A stretch of DNA of 64,000 nt from Caecitellus pseudoparvulus (Eukaryota; Protista; Bigyra: Bicosoecida). Positions 23,671-35,592 of this stretch are shown piece after piece. The first letter of the stretch is position 1; each line of letters opens with the position of its first letter. The position numbers were made by a program, and so were the translations under genes. A model generated the notes under the pieces. That model saw only the letters and a program-made list of their open reading frames with translations. It did no database searches and was not told the origin of the DNA. The stretch covers positions 806,001 through 870,000 of the forward strand of contig CBFFRQ010000089.1 of NCBI GenBank assembly GCA_965644315.1, in the 5' to 3' direction.

Positions 23671-26600
23671 ATGGCAAACCGCGGAGTTGGCTCCCGCAGC
23701 CAGCTGATGCAGCTGCGGGAAGCAGCGACCGCGGCCGAGGCAGGGCGGCTGGGCATTTTGGCCGCCCAGGGCGCCATCGCCACGGCCACTGCCAGCCTGC
23801 GCAGCCACGGCATTGAGAGCAGCGACACTCTGCGCGTTGCTTCGCTGCGCTGTCTGCAGGCCATCGCTGGCAGTGCAGGTGCTGGCGGGGCGTTGGCTGG
23901 CGTAGCGCCCGACCTGGCCTCGGCACTGCCGCACATCGTGCCGTGCTTGGGCAGTGCCGGCACAGCAGAGGCTGCCACGAACATGCTGCGCACGTACACG
24001 CATGCCGTCAGCTCCGTCACTGGTGCTCTGGGCATTCTGTGCAAGTTCGGACTGGCGCCCACTGCGTCGGTGAGTTGTCGCGAACCATGTAGCCTGGCCC
24101 GCACACCGCAGCCCCCCCTGCCTTGGCGCCAAACACGTCCGTGCCCGCTTTGCTTCTGCAGGAAGGCGTGCAGATCGGGGCGCTGCAGGCGTGTGCGGCT
24201 CTGCTGCGGGAAGCTGGTGGCAAGCAGGTAGACACTCGGGCATTGGTGCAGGCGCTGACACCCTGCATGCAGAGTGAAGACGACGATGTGGCCTTTGAAG
24301 CCGGCAAGGTGAGTTGCCCTGTTTGCACTGTACTGGGCAGTGATTGACTCCTCCTCGCGGCCGTGGTGCGTTTTCGCAGGTGGCCACTGCCGCAGCACGA
24401 GCCGATCGAAACTTCATGAAACGCTTGGCGGAAGACACTGACCCGCCCGTGGCAGGCGCCACTGCCTCCGGTGCCGCACCTCCAGGCGCCGCTGCACAAT
24501 CACCACATGCGCCAGGTTCCCACGCACAACGCGCTGTGACGGCAGGCGTGCCCAGCTTGGGCATTCTGGGCCGTGCGTCAAGTTTTAGTCATCGAGCCGC
24601 CCCCGGCAGCGCAGGAGCGCCCTCTAGTGGTCCTCTGCTAGGCACGCTGGCTGCACCATTCAGTGAATTGCCTCGTCTGCCAGATTTCCCACCCTCTCTG
24701 CCTGCAGCACTGGCGGATTTGGCGTCTGCAGCGCACGGTGCGGCGGCGCCACGAACGGGCGGTTTCGCCGGCGCAGGGGGGCGCCTGAGCCCCCGTTCAC
24801 AGGCGGCAGCTGCCGTGGAGGCGTTGTTGCAGTACGTGTCGAACGAGCTGAGTGTGGCGGCGGACCAGCCTGGAGTGGTGACGTTTGAAGGCGTGGCTGC
24901 CTTGGCTGGCACGGTGGCAGCGCTGCTGGCTGAGCAGAAGAACTTCAAAGTGCCCTTTGTGGCCATGCAAGTCATCGAGCGCCTCGTGGGCAGCATGCCT
25001 GGCCTGGCAAAGGCCCACGCGAGCACGCTGCTGACGCCGCTGCTGGGGCGGTTGGGAGACACGAAAATCGTCTTCCGGCACGCGTGCTTGAAGACGGCAG
25101 GCGCCGTGTGCCGCCTCATGCCGCCAGCCTCCGTGCTGGAACACTTGAGCCCCATGCTGGGCCACCGCAGTCGTTTTGTCCGTGAGAGCTCCGCCAAACT
25201 CCTCACGGTGTGCTTGCTGTGCATTCCAACGCAGCAGTTCGACGTGCCGCAGCTGCTGGCAGCGCTGGCGCCGCTGCTGTCTGATGCGGCAGTGAAAGTG
25301 ACGGCAGCGGCGCTGGACACCCTGGCAGCGCTGCATGTCATGTTGTGGACGGCGGGGGGCGGCGAGGGCCTGGTGCCGTCCTCTGACGCCACGTCGCAGT
25401 TGCTGGCGGAATTAGGGCATCACGGCGGCGTGCCGTCCACTGCACCGGTGCTGACAGCGGTGTCCAAGCGCCTGCGCGACGCAACGGCACCCTTGCCGTG
25501 TTTGTCTTCAAAAGGGTACCTTGAGCTGGGCAGTCGTGGTGCGGCAGCCGTCAAGGCAGCGTACACGCGTCACGTTGCACCAGCTCCAGTGCATGCAAGC
25601 AGCCCATCGCCTCCTTCAGCCGTTGACGGCGACCCGAGCGCCGACCAGGGGCAGGAAGTGTCCAGCGCCCATGCTAGCGATGAGGAGCGCTCAGAATCTG
25701 GCTCAGGCAGCTCGGCAGGTGACACAGAAGCCTCCGACGCGTCATCGCTGGAAGGTGGCGGTGCTGGCATGCACCGCAGCAGGTCAGGCAGCAGCGGCAG
25801 TGGGAGTGGTTCTTCTTACGGCTCCTCTGGCGAAGAGAGCGCTGAGGACAGCAGCATTGAGGACTTTGCCACTCTGACGGTGCGCGTGGGGCAAGCGACG
25901 GCACTGCCTGCCGTGCCGGGTACGCCGCACACGTCGCCCATCAGCACCGCATCACGACCTCGCAGTGCCCGACCAGGTGACCCCGCCACGCCCCAGGCAG
26001 GCGGGGGCGGCGGCGTTGGTGGTGATTCGGAGGAGGACGATGTTGAAGATTTCGCAGTGCCGCCGTCACCAGTGCAGGGTGCGAGGGGCAGCGGGGCGTT
26101 GTCGGCACGTGCAGAGCGGCGGCGGCCGTTGGGGGGGTGGGAGGGGGGTCACACCCCCCCTCACCGTGGCGCAGCTGCCTTTGGCGGCCTCTCTGGCTCT
26201 GGTCGGCGTCTGTCTCTGGGCTCAGCCTCTGGCGCCAGGGGGGGTGTGGTGGCCCCCATATCCCCCCTCGCATCTGGGCGGGTCGCGGAGGGGGGGCCTG
26301 GACCCCCCTCCCCTGGCCAGCTGCACATTGGGGAAGACGAGCACAAGAGCAGGTTCGGCTACGAAGCGGCTCTGTTTGGGGTGGGCCACCTGCAGCACCA
26401 GCGCGAGGGGGGGTATGCCCCCCCTCGCGCCGCCTCCATCGGAGAGGACAGCGTGGACGATTTCAGCGTCCCGGACACGAGCCCCCTGCGCCCGGGTCCG
26501 GGGGTGGAGGCGGCTGCCGCCCCGGCACCGTCGGGCGGCGCGGTGACTCAAGGGTCAGGTCGCGGTGACTCCTCCACCGCCTCCGCATCCTTCGGCCATG

Positions 26601-29600
26601 GTGGGCCCATGTACGGCCGCCGGTCCCGGGCGAGCACGGGGGGCGCCTCCCCCCCCACTCTGCAGGGCGGACTGCCCACCCACCCCGCCAGCGTGTCGGC
26701 CCACCAGAGCAGCGGCAGCGCCTCCACGTCTGGGCGGGTGGGCCCAGATGCCGTGGCGTCGTGGCTGGATGCCACGGCGGCGGGTGCCGACACTGCGCCT
26801 CGCGTGGGCGGTGGGTCCACCCCCCCTCCCGTGCGCAGTGGTCGGCGGCAGTGGACTGCTGCGGGCTCCAGCTTCGAGCCCAACGCCAGTGCTCTGGAGG
26901 AGGGGCCGGCGGTGGGTGCGCCCGCTGCCGCCCCAGCCGGGGACACGGGCGCTGCGATGAGGGCCAAGTTGACCACGTTGCCCTCTCGAGGCGCCACGTA
27001 CCGGTCAGGCAAGCGGCGGGTGGTGAGTGCTGCTGCGCGTGCAGAGGGCACCGCCACCTCCACTGGGCTGTTGTCGCCAACGACCACATCAACGGCGCAT
27101 CAAGGCGGGTCAGGTGGGCCCAGGGCGCCGACGGGGCAGGCGGCAGATACCCGCCCACGCCGTGGTCCAGGGGGTCGCTTCGTGTCGGCTGGGGCCGTGC
27201 AGTATGGCCGCCGAGCTGGGGAGGGGGGGGGAGCGGACACGGGGGAGGGGGGGGGTGGTGGTGACAAGGGTGTCCGGTGGGCAGCTGGCGTGCAGCCAAG
27301 TGTGGGCGGTGGGGCGGGTGGCGCCACCTTCACGCGGGTACAGGCGGGTCAGGCGTGGGGCTCCGAGTCACCGGACGTGCCCCGCGGCCAAGACAGCCGG
27401 GCCAAGTCGGACGCGATGCCAGTCATGCAGGTGGGGCATTTGGAGGGGGGGGGGTCTCACGCCCCCTCAGCTCCTGCGCCCCACCACACCCGCTCCACCT
27501 CTGGCTCCAGCTCAGCGCGGGGGTATGTGGGGTCCAGGCCAGTGGCGCTGGAGTCACCCCCTGCGGTGGGTGGGCCCACCAAGGCGGCGGCCATGACTCC
27601 CGGCACGGCGTCTCTGGCGGCCGCCCCCCCCAAGCACTACGATGAGGGGGGTGCAGCCCCCCCCCTGCGGCAGCGAGCTGGCATTGGCATTGGCTTCGCC
27701 GGCCCTGCTGCCAGCGCAGGCGTGGGGCGCGAAGCCGCAGGGGGGAGTGGGGGGGGGCAGGAGGAGGGGGGTGCACCCCCCCCTCGACAGGGCAGAGGCG
27801 CTGCCCCTCACGGCAGTGCCTTCCGCCCCCCCACCCTGGACCTCAGCGGCCAGGCTGCAGCGGCACAGGAGTCGTCGGACACACCTGCAGCTGACACGCC
27901 TGCTGGATCCCAGGGTGGGGGGGGGGGTGCCACCCCCTCCATCAGGCCCCAAGTGTCCGGCAGCGGGCAGGGGGGTGGGCGTCTGCCCCTGGGGCGACGC
28001 GCCGCCATGGCGCGTGCGAAGAGCCGAGGTCGCAGCCGTGGTCGCAGCCGCTCCAGCGCTCGCACAGGCAGCGCGGTCGCCGGCACACCCAGCAGCGTCA
28101 ACTGGGGCACGCCCACCCCCACGCCCACTACAGACGCCCCCTCCGCCCTGTCAGCTGACCAGGTGTCCTCAGCGTTGGGACCCCCCCCCAGCAGGGGGTC
28201 CGTGGCCGGTGCCGGGCCGGGGCGGTCCGTCTCTCCTCGACCCACAGGGCGCGTCCCCCGTGCCAGCACCAGTGACGCCGGCGGCGAGGCGCTGTACATC
28301 CCCACTGCCGACTTGGCGCCCTGCCGCAACCCCGCCGCCACACTGCAGAAAGTGCTGGGCGACCTGGGCAGCTCTGACTGGAGCGCGCAGTTCAATGCGC
28401 TGAACAACCTGCGGCGCCTGGCAGTGCACCACGGGGATGTGCTGGGTGACAACCTACGGGAGGCGCTGGAGGGCCTGCTGCCCCTGGTGGACTCCCTGCG
28501 TTCCTCCGTATCCAAGAACGCCGTGCTGACAGTGGCGGACCTGTTCAGCGGCCTGGGCAAGGCGTGCGACGCGCACTTGCCCAGCATCACGGCAGTGCTG
28601 CTGCGGCTGGGCGGCACATCCAACGCCTTCATCGGCGAGTCGGCTGCCATGGCGCTCAAGAGCATGCTGGACAACTGTTCCGACAGCCGTGTTCTTGCTG
28701 CCCTGGTGGCGGCGGCAGGGCACCGCAAGAGCGGCGTGGCGAGCCAGGCGCCGCTGTGGCTGGATGCGGCCGTGGAGGTGATGGGGGGTGGCGGCGGCAC
28801 CTCCTCCCCCCTGGCCCAGGGCCCCACACCCCGCCTCAACGCGCTGAGGGAGAAGGAGGTGGTGGCCCTGCTCAGTGTGGGGGCACGCTTTGCCGCTGCT
28901 GGGGCCGAGGAGACACGTCACTCCGCCAAGCGTCTCCTCGTGCGGCTGCATGCCAGCGGCGTGGCGAGCGAGGGGACGCTAGCGACCCTCTCCGAGCGCA
29001 CAGCAGACGTGGTGCGGGGTGTGTGGAGCAAGGGTCTGCGCAATGTGCCGCTGGCAAGCCCCACACTGGCCCTGGCGCAGGGGCAGGGGGGTGTGGGGGG
29101 GGGTGGCACTGGCGCCAGCCCGCAGCGGGGACGAGGGCGGTCGCGCGCCAGGTCGCGTGCGACCAGCCGCTCCCGTGCCGCACGGCGTGCCTCGCGTGCC
29201 GTGAGTCGTGGCCAGGAGGGGGGAGGGGGTGGGGAGGGGGGTCCAACCCCCCCTCCGCCGCCGCTGCTAGCAGTGATGGCGGTGGTGGCACCTCAGCTGG
29301 CGGCTTCAGCTCACCCGGCAGCGTGCCTGACGGCATGGCGCCACTGACCCCCCAGCTGCGCCAGTGGGTGGGCGAGCTCGACGAAAGGTCGTGGGCGGCC
29401 CGTGTCGGCGCTCTGCAGGCGCTGGGAGCAGCTGCCAGCGACCCTGCCAACGGCGCTGCAGTGGCAGCGAGCGGGCTGAGCGTCCTGGACGACACGGCAC
29501 GTCGACTGGGGGATGGAAATGTGAAGGTGGCGGCGGCAGCAGGTGCCGCGCTGCAGCAGATGCTCGCCTCGCCGTACCTGTCCCCCATCCTGCCCGCGGC

Positions 29601-30093
29601 GGCAGCGGTACTGACGCCGCATGTGGTGGGCGGGCTGGCCAATGCCTCACGGCAGGTGGCTGGCGCGGCCAGTGCCGCGCTGCAAGACCTCATCGCAGCC
29701 GTTCCCGCCCGCAGCATCGTGCCCCCCCTCATCTCAGCCATGGCGCACCCCCACGCCAAGGCCAGGTCGGGAGCCCTGTCCGGCCTGGGCGCTGTGCTGC
29801 CGGTGCTGGCGGGTAGTGCTGACACGGCTGCTTCTGCGCTGGTGCGCGAGGGTGTTCTGCCTGTCATGTTCCGAGCTGTCGACGACAGCGCGCCGGCTGT
29901 GCGAGCCACGGCCAGCAAGGCCCTGCAAACTGCCGCCAAGGTGCTTGGCGCGCACAGTATGGACCAGGCACTGGATGCGACGGTGGCCCCCCTGCCGCCT
30001 GCAGAGGCCGATGCTCGGCGGGACAAGGTGCAGCGGGCCCTGGCGGGGGGCAGTGGCTCCACACGGCGCCTGCACAGCCAGCGGCGTCTGTGA
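23671..30093 (+). CDS. TOGARAM1: TOG-array protein, TOGARAM1/Crescerin/CHE-12-like; introns 24070..24161 and 24309..24379; frame break near 29218-29253
   Basis: Two N-terminal HEAT/TOG blocks (..LLAEQKNFKV..RLGDTKIVFR..HRSRFVRE), a long disordered linker, a third TOG (DWSAQFNALNNLRRL..LRSSVSKNA..SNAFIGESA) and a fourth TOG in a different frame (SWAARVGAL..RLGDGNVKV). Confidence 0.75.
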
Positions 30094-30295
30094 GGGGGGC
30101 TTGACTGAACGGGCCATCTGCCGGCGCGCGTGGAGGGTTTGTGGACGGTGTGGGTCAAATGCAAATACTCTGTGCCACATCGATGTGGCCCCACCGAGCT
30201 GGCACACGCTAGCCGACCTCCAAGTGCCACTGGCGAGTGCCTTTGCTTGGCACCGAACTTCACCAGTTTTGCCCCGAGCTTGGTGAGACCGAGTC

Positions 30296-31858
30296 ATGGC
30301 CACCACTCCGCCCAGGGACAGGGCGGGGAGGGAGGGCGCTCCGTACACGCCCTCTTCCTCCCGGAGTCTGCACGCGCACTTCGCTGCAGCCTCGCCCCGT
30401 TCGCCCGAGGTGGGGGATGCTGCCGTGCAACGCCTGCGGGAATTGGGCTCCTCCCTCCGCTCACGCCTAGGTGAGTGCTCTGCGCCTGCGTGCAGTCCTT
30501 ATACTAGGAGCACGCGAGCTTGTGGATCCATTGGAGTCGCATGTATTCAAGTGGACTGCCTTTTTCGCGTTTACCACCGTGTTGCTTGGCAATGGCTGGC
30601 GCAAGCGTGGCAGCTGCTCGTGTGTCGCAGCGACGGGGCACTCACCACTCCCTCCCTGCCCCCCTTCTTGAGCACAGCGGAGCTGGGAGCTCATGCCAGC
30701 ATGTTGAGTGAGACGCAACATGCTGCACACGAGGCCGTTGCTCGTGAGCGGGCCGCCGCCCGCATGCACGCTGCTGCGTTTGACGCTCAAACGGCAGCGG
30801 AGGCTGCAGCAGCTGTGCCGAACCGCAGTGCGCCCTTGCCGGGCAGGTGGCGGGGGTCACCAGAGGCAGCAGCAGCGACGTCCCACCATGTGTTTGAAGA
30901 GACCGCCCCTGTGCACGACCCTGCTGCGTTTTACGCGGCCGTGTCCAGCGCAGCAGGTGAGCGCATCGCAGCCAGCGAGGCGGCGGCTGCGGTGGATATT
31001 CGCCGGGCGCTGCCAGGTCTTGGCGCTGAGGGGAGCGCCGTGCCGCCTGGCAAGGGCTTGCAAGTTCTCATCGACCTCGTGGCTCAGCTGACGCAGCGGG
31101 TGGCTGGGCTGGAGCGGGAGCTGTCCTTGGCTCGGGCTCGTGCCGATGCTGCCGAGAGCATTGCAGAGGAACGCATGACAGCGCTCATGGGAGTCACCAC
31201 CATCCACACAAATGTGTTGGACAAGATGCAGCAGGACGCGCAAGCGGCTAGCCGGCGCCTGGGAGAGGTGGAGGGGCGCGTTGCCAGCGTTGCCGCTGCC
31301 AGTGACTCCGGCCTGCAGCACTGCGCCAGTGAGCGCGGAACGCTCCTAGGCCGTCTGGATTCGCTGGGAGATGCGTGTTCCTCGAACACTTCGGCAGCCT
31401 CTGAGCTGAAGGACGAGGTGCAGCGAACGCGGGCCGCTGCGCAAGCTGCCGCACGGCGCCATGCGGAATTAGCGCAGCGCGTGGAAGCGCTGGAACGAGC
31501 CGTGCGTTACGGCAGCAAGGCTAGCAGCCCACTCCCGGTGAGCCCCCCCACTGCAGATGGTGCCGGTGTGCCTGCTGCGGCCCAGGCTGCCCAAGACACG
31601 GCGACCGTGCTGTCAGACCTCGCGCGCCTGAGCCATGGCAGCAGTGGTGGCGGCGCGGCACACGAGCCAGAGGCGGAACCGGACATCACTGCGCGCCTGA
31701 CGACATCGGTGATGGAGGGTCTGAGTGCTTCACATGTGGCAGGGCGGACTCCGGTGAGCTCCCCTTGGCGACGGGCGGAGGGGGGCTCCAACGGCGGCTC
31801 CACTGACCCGGACGAACTGAGGGATGTGCTGTCACAGCTGCACGACCTCACATCGTGA
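30296..31858 (+). CDS. Hypothetical coiled-coil protein; probable intron 30471..30677
   Basis: Long heptad stretches (LVAQLTQRVAGLERELSLAR; LAQRVEALER). A 207-nt in-frame GTGAGT..ACAG segment has atypical translation and looks intronic. Confidence 0.6.
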   Translation: MATTPPRDRAGREGAPYTPSSSRSLHAHFAAASPRSPEVGDAAVQRLRELGSSLRSRLGECSAPACSPYTRSTRACGSIGVACIQVDCLFRVYHRVAWQWLAQAWQLLVCRSDGALTTPSLPPFLSTAELGAHASMLSETQHAAHEAVARERAAARMHAAAFDAQTAAEAAAAVPNRSAPLPGRWRGSPEAAAATSHHVFEETAPVHDPAAFYAAVSSAAGERIAASEAAAAVDIRRALPGLGAEGSAVPPGKGLQVLIDLVAQLTQRVAGLERELSLARARADAAESIAEERMTALMGVTTIHTNVLDKMQQDAQAASRRLGEVEGRVASVAAASDSGLQHCASERGTLLGRLDSLGDACSSNTSAASELKDEVQRTRAAAQAAARRHAELAQRVEALERAVRYGSKASSPLPVSPPTADGAGVPAAAQAAQDTATVLSDLARLSHGSSGGGAAHEPEAEPDITARLTTSVMEGLSASHVAGRTPVSSPWRRAEGGSNGGSTDPDELRDVLSQLHDLTS

Positions 31859-32223
31859 GGCAAAGTCCACAACCCTCACATGCGCGGCAACGCGCCCCCC
31901 CTCTGTCGCGTGCCCCCGGCGGGAGCTGCGCTTGCCGAGAAACTCTCGCAACCACACGCGCCACAGCAGCGGGGACAGATGCAGGGGGTGGCCACAATCC
32001 GCACGAATACAAGCACCAGCATGTCGAACGTCTAGTTTGGCACCCTGCTCCGTCTCGGCCCTTGCGACGAGGGTTTCAGCGGCTGCGGCTTCCGCCTGCT
32101 CAGCGAAACACTCGCTGTGTGGTGAGCCACCAGGCTGAAGCAGGAGAGGGGGACTGACCAGGCGGCCAACAAGCTGCTGAAGGCTTTATCGTAGTTAGAA
32201 ACACACCTCCACGCTTGCTCGTC

Positions 32224-34633
32224 ATGGATCCTCGTTTCGCTCGCATGAAGGATGACCCTGTGAGCCAACGCGGAACTTGATGCTGGCCCTGTTCATTTTC
32301 CGCACACAGTCACCCGCCCTGAGCGCCGCAGCGCTTCTTCTCACGCAAGAAAAGGGCCCAGAAGGAGGAAGCAGAGGTTGACGACCGCTTCGCTCTGGAC
32401 AAGATCGGAGGCGATGCCTTTGCATCGGCTGGTGCGTGCAAGTTGCGCGTCGTGGCGTGCATGGAGGTGGTTCACGCGCCGCCGCTTGCTTTCTCCAGAC
32501 GTGAAGACTGATGCCCGAGGGCGCAAGGTGAAGGTGGGGGGTGGACAACGCACACCTCATGCCTCCAAAAAGCCTAAAGCGGCGGATGCCATGCCTGAGA
32601 AGGGCAGTCTGGCAGACCGCTTGGCAGTGCTGAACCGCATCGCACGTGGCGAGGTGGAGATGGAGTCATCGGACGAGGAGGACGGCGCCCCGGTGCGAGG
32701 CACCCACCTCATCCTGGGCGCAGCCAGTGACTCGGAGGCGGAGGAGGAGGACTTGCCCGAGGTTGGCGGCGGTGCGGGTGTGGACACGGCGTGGCCAGTG
32801 CAGTCCAGTGCCGATGCACCACGGGGTGACGCTTCCCGCCGCCTGGCCATGGTGACGGCAGATTGGGATAAATTGAGGGCAGTGGACATTTTCGCTGCGC
32901 TGGCGCCGTTCGCGCCGCTGGGCGGCAGCGTGCGCCGTGTGTCGGTGGTGCCGTCGGAATATGGCAAGAAACGCTTGGAGGAGGAGGCTGTGCGTGGGCC
33001 CAGTGTGCCGCGTGCCGCCGCCGCCGCCAACGCCTCCGACAGCGGAACACTCACTGCAGGTGGGCGTGGAGGGGGGCCTGACGCGGGGTACGACCCAGAG
33101 GCGCTTCGGGCGTATGAGCAGTCTCGCCTGAATTATTACTACGCGGTGGTGGAGTGTGACTCCGTCCGCACCGCTGAAGCCGTGTACGGGGAGTGTGATG
33201 GGATGGAGTACGAAGGCAGCGCGAACACAATTGACCTGCGGTTCATCCCGGACGATGTGGAGATTCCCTTCCAGCCCCGTGACTCGGCTACGTCTGTCCC
33301 AGCTGACTACATTCCACGCATGTTCGTGACACACGCGCTGCAGGCCACGGATGTGCCGCTGACGTGGGACGCCGACGACCACGAACGCACGGAGGCCATG
33401 GCTCTGCTGTCCCGCGCTACACGGCCCATGACCCGCAAGGAGCGGCGTGCGCTGAAGAAGGCGGGTCGATCCGTGAATGCGCTGGAGGATGATGATGAGT
33501 TGCTCGCGGTGGAGGCGGCGGTGTCCAAGTTCCTGGCGCCCACAGAGGGCTCAGACGAGGAGGGTGCGGCAGGACAAGGTGCTGAACCAGGTAGTGACTC
33601 GGAAGAGGAGGGGGAGGACCCTGCTGCGTTGCGTGCGAAGTACCTTGCTCTGTTGGGCGGTGCGGAAGTTGACGACGCAGCAGCACCCGAGAGCGACGCC
33701 GAAAGCAGCAGTGATGCCGGCGGCAGTGCAGCTGGCTCAGACGATGAGGAAGGGGGAATGTCAAAGACCTTCCGTGCACACGCGTCTGTGGATGGGAATC
33801 GCACCATGGTGGTGCGCGAGGGGCGTTCTGCCTCGGAGCGTCTGGAGGCACGGCAGGCTGCCAAGGCTGCCACGCAGGGCGAAAGCGTGTTTGAGGCGTA
33901 CCGCAGGCAGAAACGCGAAAAACGCCGTGAACGACGCGAAAGTGAGAAGGCGGCTCGTCGAGCTGCCAGGCAAGGCGCGGAGGTGGCGCCGGAGGAAGGC
34001 GCCCTGAGCGCTGACCCTTTGTTCAGCGTTGCACAGGCAGGTGACGGCGAGCAGACTAGTGGCAGGGATGGGCCGGAGCAGGATGCTGCAGGGCAGGCGG
34101 CCCGACTGGCCATGATGATGGGCGATGGCGCCGATGCAGAGTCCGATGATGATGCGGATGCCTACCGGGGCGGCAAGGGCCGGGGGGCGAGCAAGAAACG
34201 CCCCCGGAAACGCGGGCGGCAGCAGGAGGCTGACGTCACCCTGCACGACGCTGACATGCAGGCAGCCCAGGCTGCCGGCATCGTATCAGCTGCCCAGGGC
34301 GGAGCCCCTGCCCCAGCGGGGGTGGACTCTCGTTTTTCTGCGCTGGTCAGCGACCCGCGCTTCGCACAGGATCCGACGCACCCTGCCTTCAAGAAGTCTG
34401 CCGTCACAGAGGCAGTGCGCTCTGCAAAGGCCCGCCGCACGGCCTCTGCCTCCACACCCTCCTCTGCTGCCAAGGCGCCCGCTTCCAAGGCTGTCTCCGA
34501 CATGGCTGCTCGCGTGGCAGGCAAGTTCGCAACGGCTGGCTCCAAGGCAGCCGCCGCAGCCACGCAGGCCTCTCGAGCCGCCACCGGCTTGAGCAAACGC
34601 AAGAAGTCCAGCAAGAAGAAGAGTCGCAAGTGA
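32224..34633 (+). CDS. ESF1: Pre-rRNA-processing protein ESF1, ~756 aa; join(32224..32259,32332..32431,32499..34633)
   Basis: MDPRF..DP|RF..VDDRF..|D.RGRK N-terminus, RRLAMVTADWDKLRAVDIF, PSEYGKKRL, LRAYEQSRLNYYYAVVEC, CDGMEYE..DLRFIPD and NUC153 motif DSRFSALVSDPRFAQDPTHPAFKK. Confidence 0.93.
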
Positions 34634-34789
34634 ATGCACGACGCTGCCTTCGCTTGGTTTGCAGGTGCGGGTGGCAGAGCATCAGGAAATGGTGCGTCTG
34701 CGTTTTGAGTGGGTTGCATGCATTGAGTCAGCGAACAAACGGAAAGGCGGTGCGCGGGGGTGCCGCTCGATGGGGGTGCATGAAAGGCT

Positions 34790-35372
34790 TCACTTCAAGG
34801 CGTTGGCAGCCTGCAGGGCCCCCTCCAGCTTGCCTGAGCGGTGCATGGCGGCGGTCTCGTCGCCGCCGCCGATGCATGAGCCGCCGATGAACACGCTGGG
34901 CACCGTACCCCGCCCAGTCAGGTTCTTCACGGACGCCTGCACGGCGCCTCCATCGGAGCGATCGTCCTGCAATGCAGACAGAGCATGGTGCGCACTGCGA
35001 GCAGCGTGGCGAGACGCAGCACGCACTAGCTCCACCACCACGATGTCCTGGATGTCGTAGTGGGACAGGGCTTCCTTCTGCGGAGGGCCGGGGTGTGCGT
35101 GCTCTTCAGCACGGCAAGACAGCAAAGCAAAGATGACACAGTTGACACACTCACCGCCTTCTCGCAGTAGGGGCAGTACGTCTTGCTGTGAGCAGGGCTT
35201 GTGGGCAGGTGAGTGCTGGAGCGAAGCCAGGCGCTGCGCCACTTGGCAGTGACCCAGTGAAAGCGTCAATGGAGCACCACGACACGCACGAGAAGACAAC
35301 GACTGCATGCTTGTCCAGAAGCTCCTCCACGAACGCGTCGCTCTTGGGCGTTGCGCTGGCTGCAGCTCCCAT
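34790..35372 (-). CDS. Dithiol glutaredoxin (CPYC), ~113 aa; join(35372..35290,35185..35155,35077..35027,34966..34790)
   Basis: VVVFSKTYCPYCEKA reassembled across introns; TGRGTVPSVFIGG..IGGGD glutathione-binding motifs. Confidence 0.92.
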
Positions 35373-35592
35373 GGCTGCCTGGCAGCGGAGAATGTGTGCG
35401 CTGATTCCCGCAGGGGGGGAGGGGGGGGCACGACTGCGTGCGGGGGAAATGCACATTGGGCGCTATCCCCAATGTAGGCCAAAAATATTTTGATAAACAG
35501 TTCTCACTCCGCCCGGCCCACTGCACTGCGCTTGGGCTGCTTGGCACGTTTGCCTCTGGTGCACTGCACCTGCCACGCAAACCGAGCTCACC
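35373..35592. promoter_or_regulatory. Putative bidirectional promoter between glutaredoxin and TPP1-like genes
   Basis: 220-bp head-to-head gap with a central AT palindrome AAAATATTTT (35482-35491). Confidence 0.5.

Noticed and set aside
28564-30093. Independent 509-aa gene
   Set aside because: Its first half is out-of-frame shadow of the third TOG; the TOG part completes the TOGARAM architecture. A separate short gene from ATG 29335 is not fully excluded.
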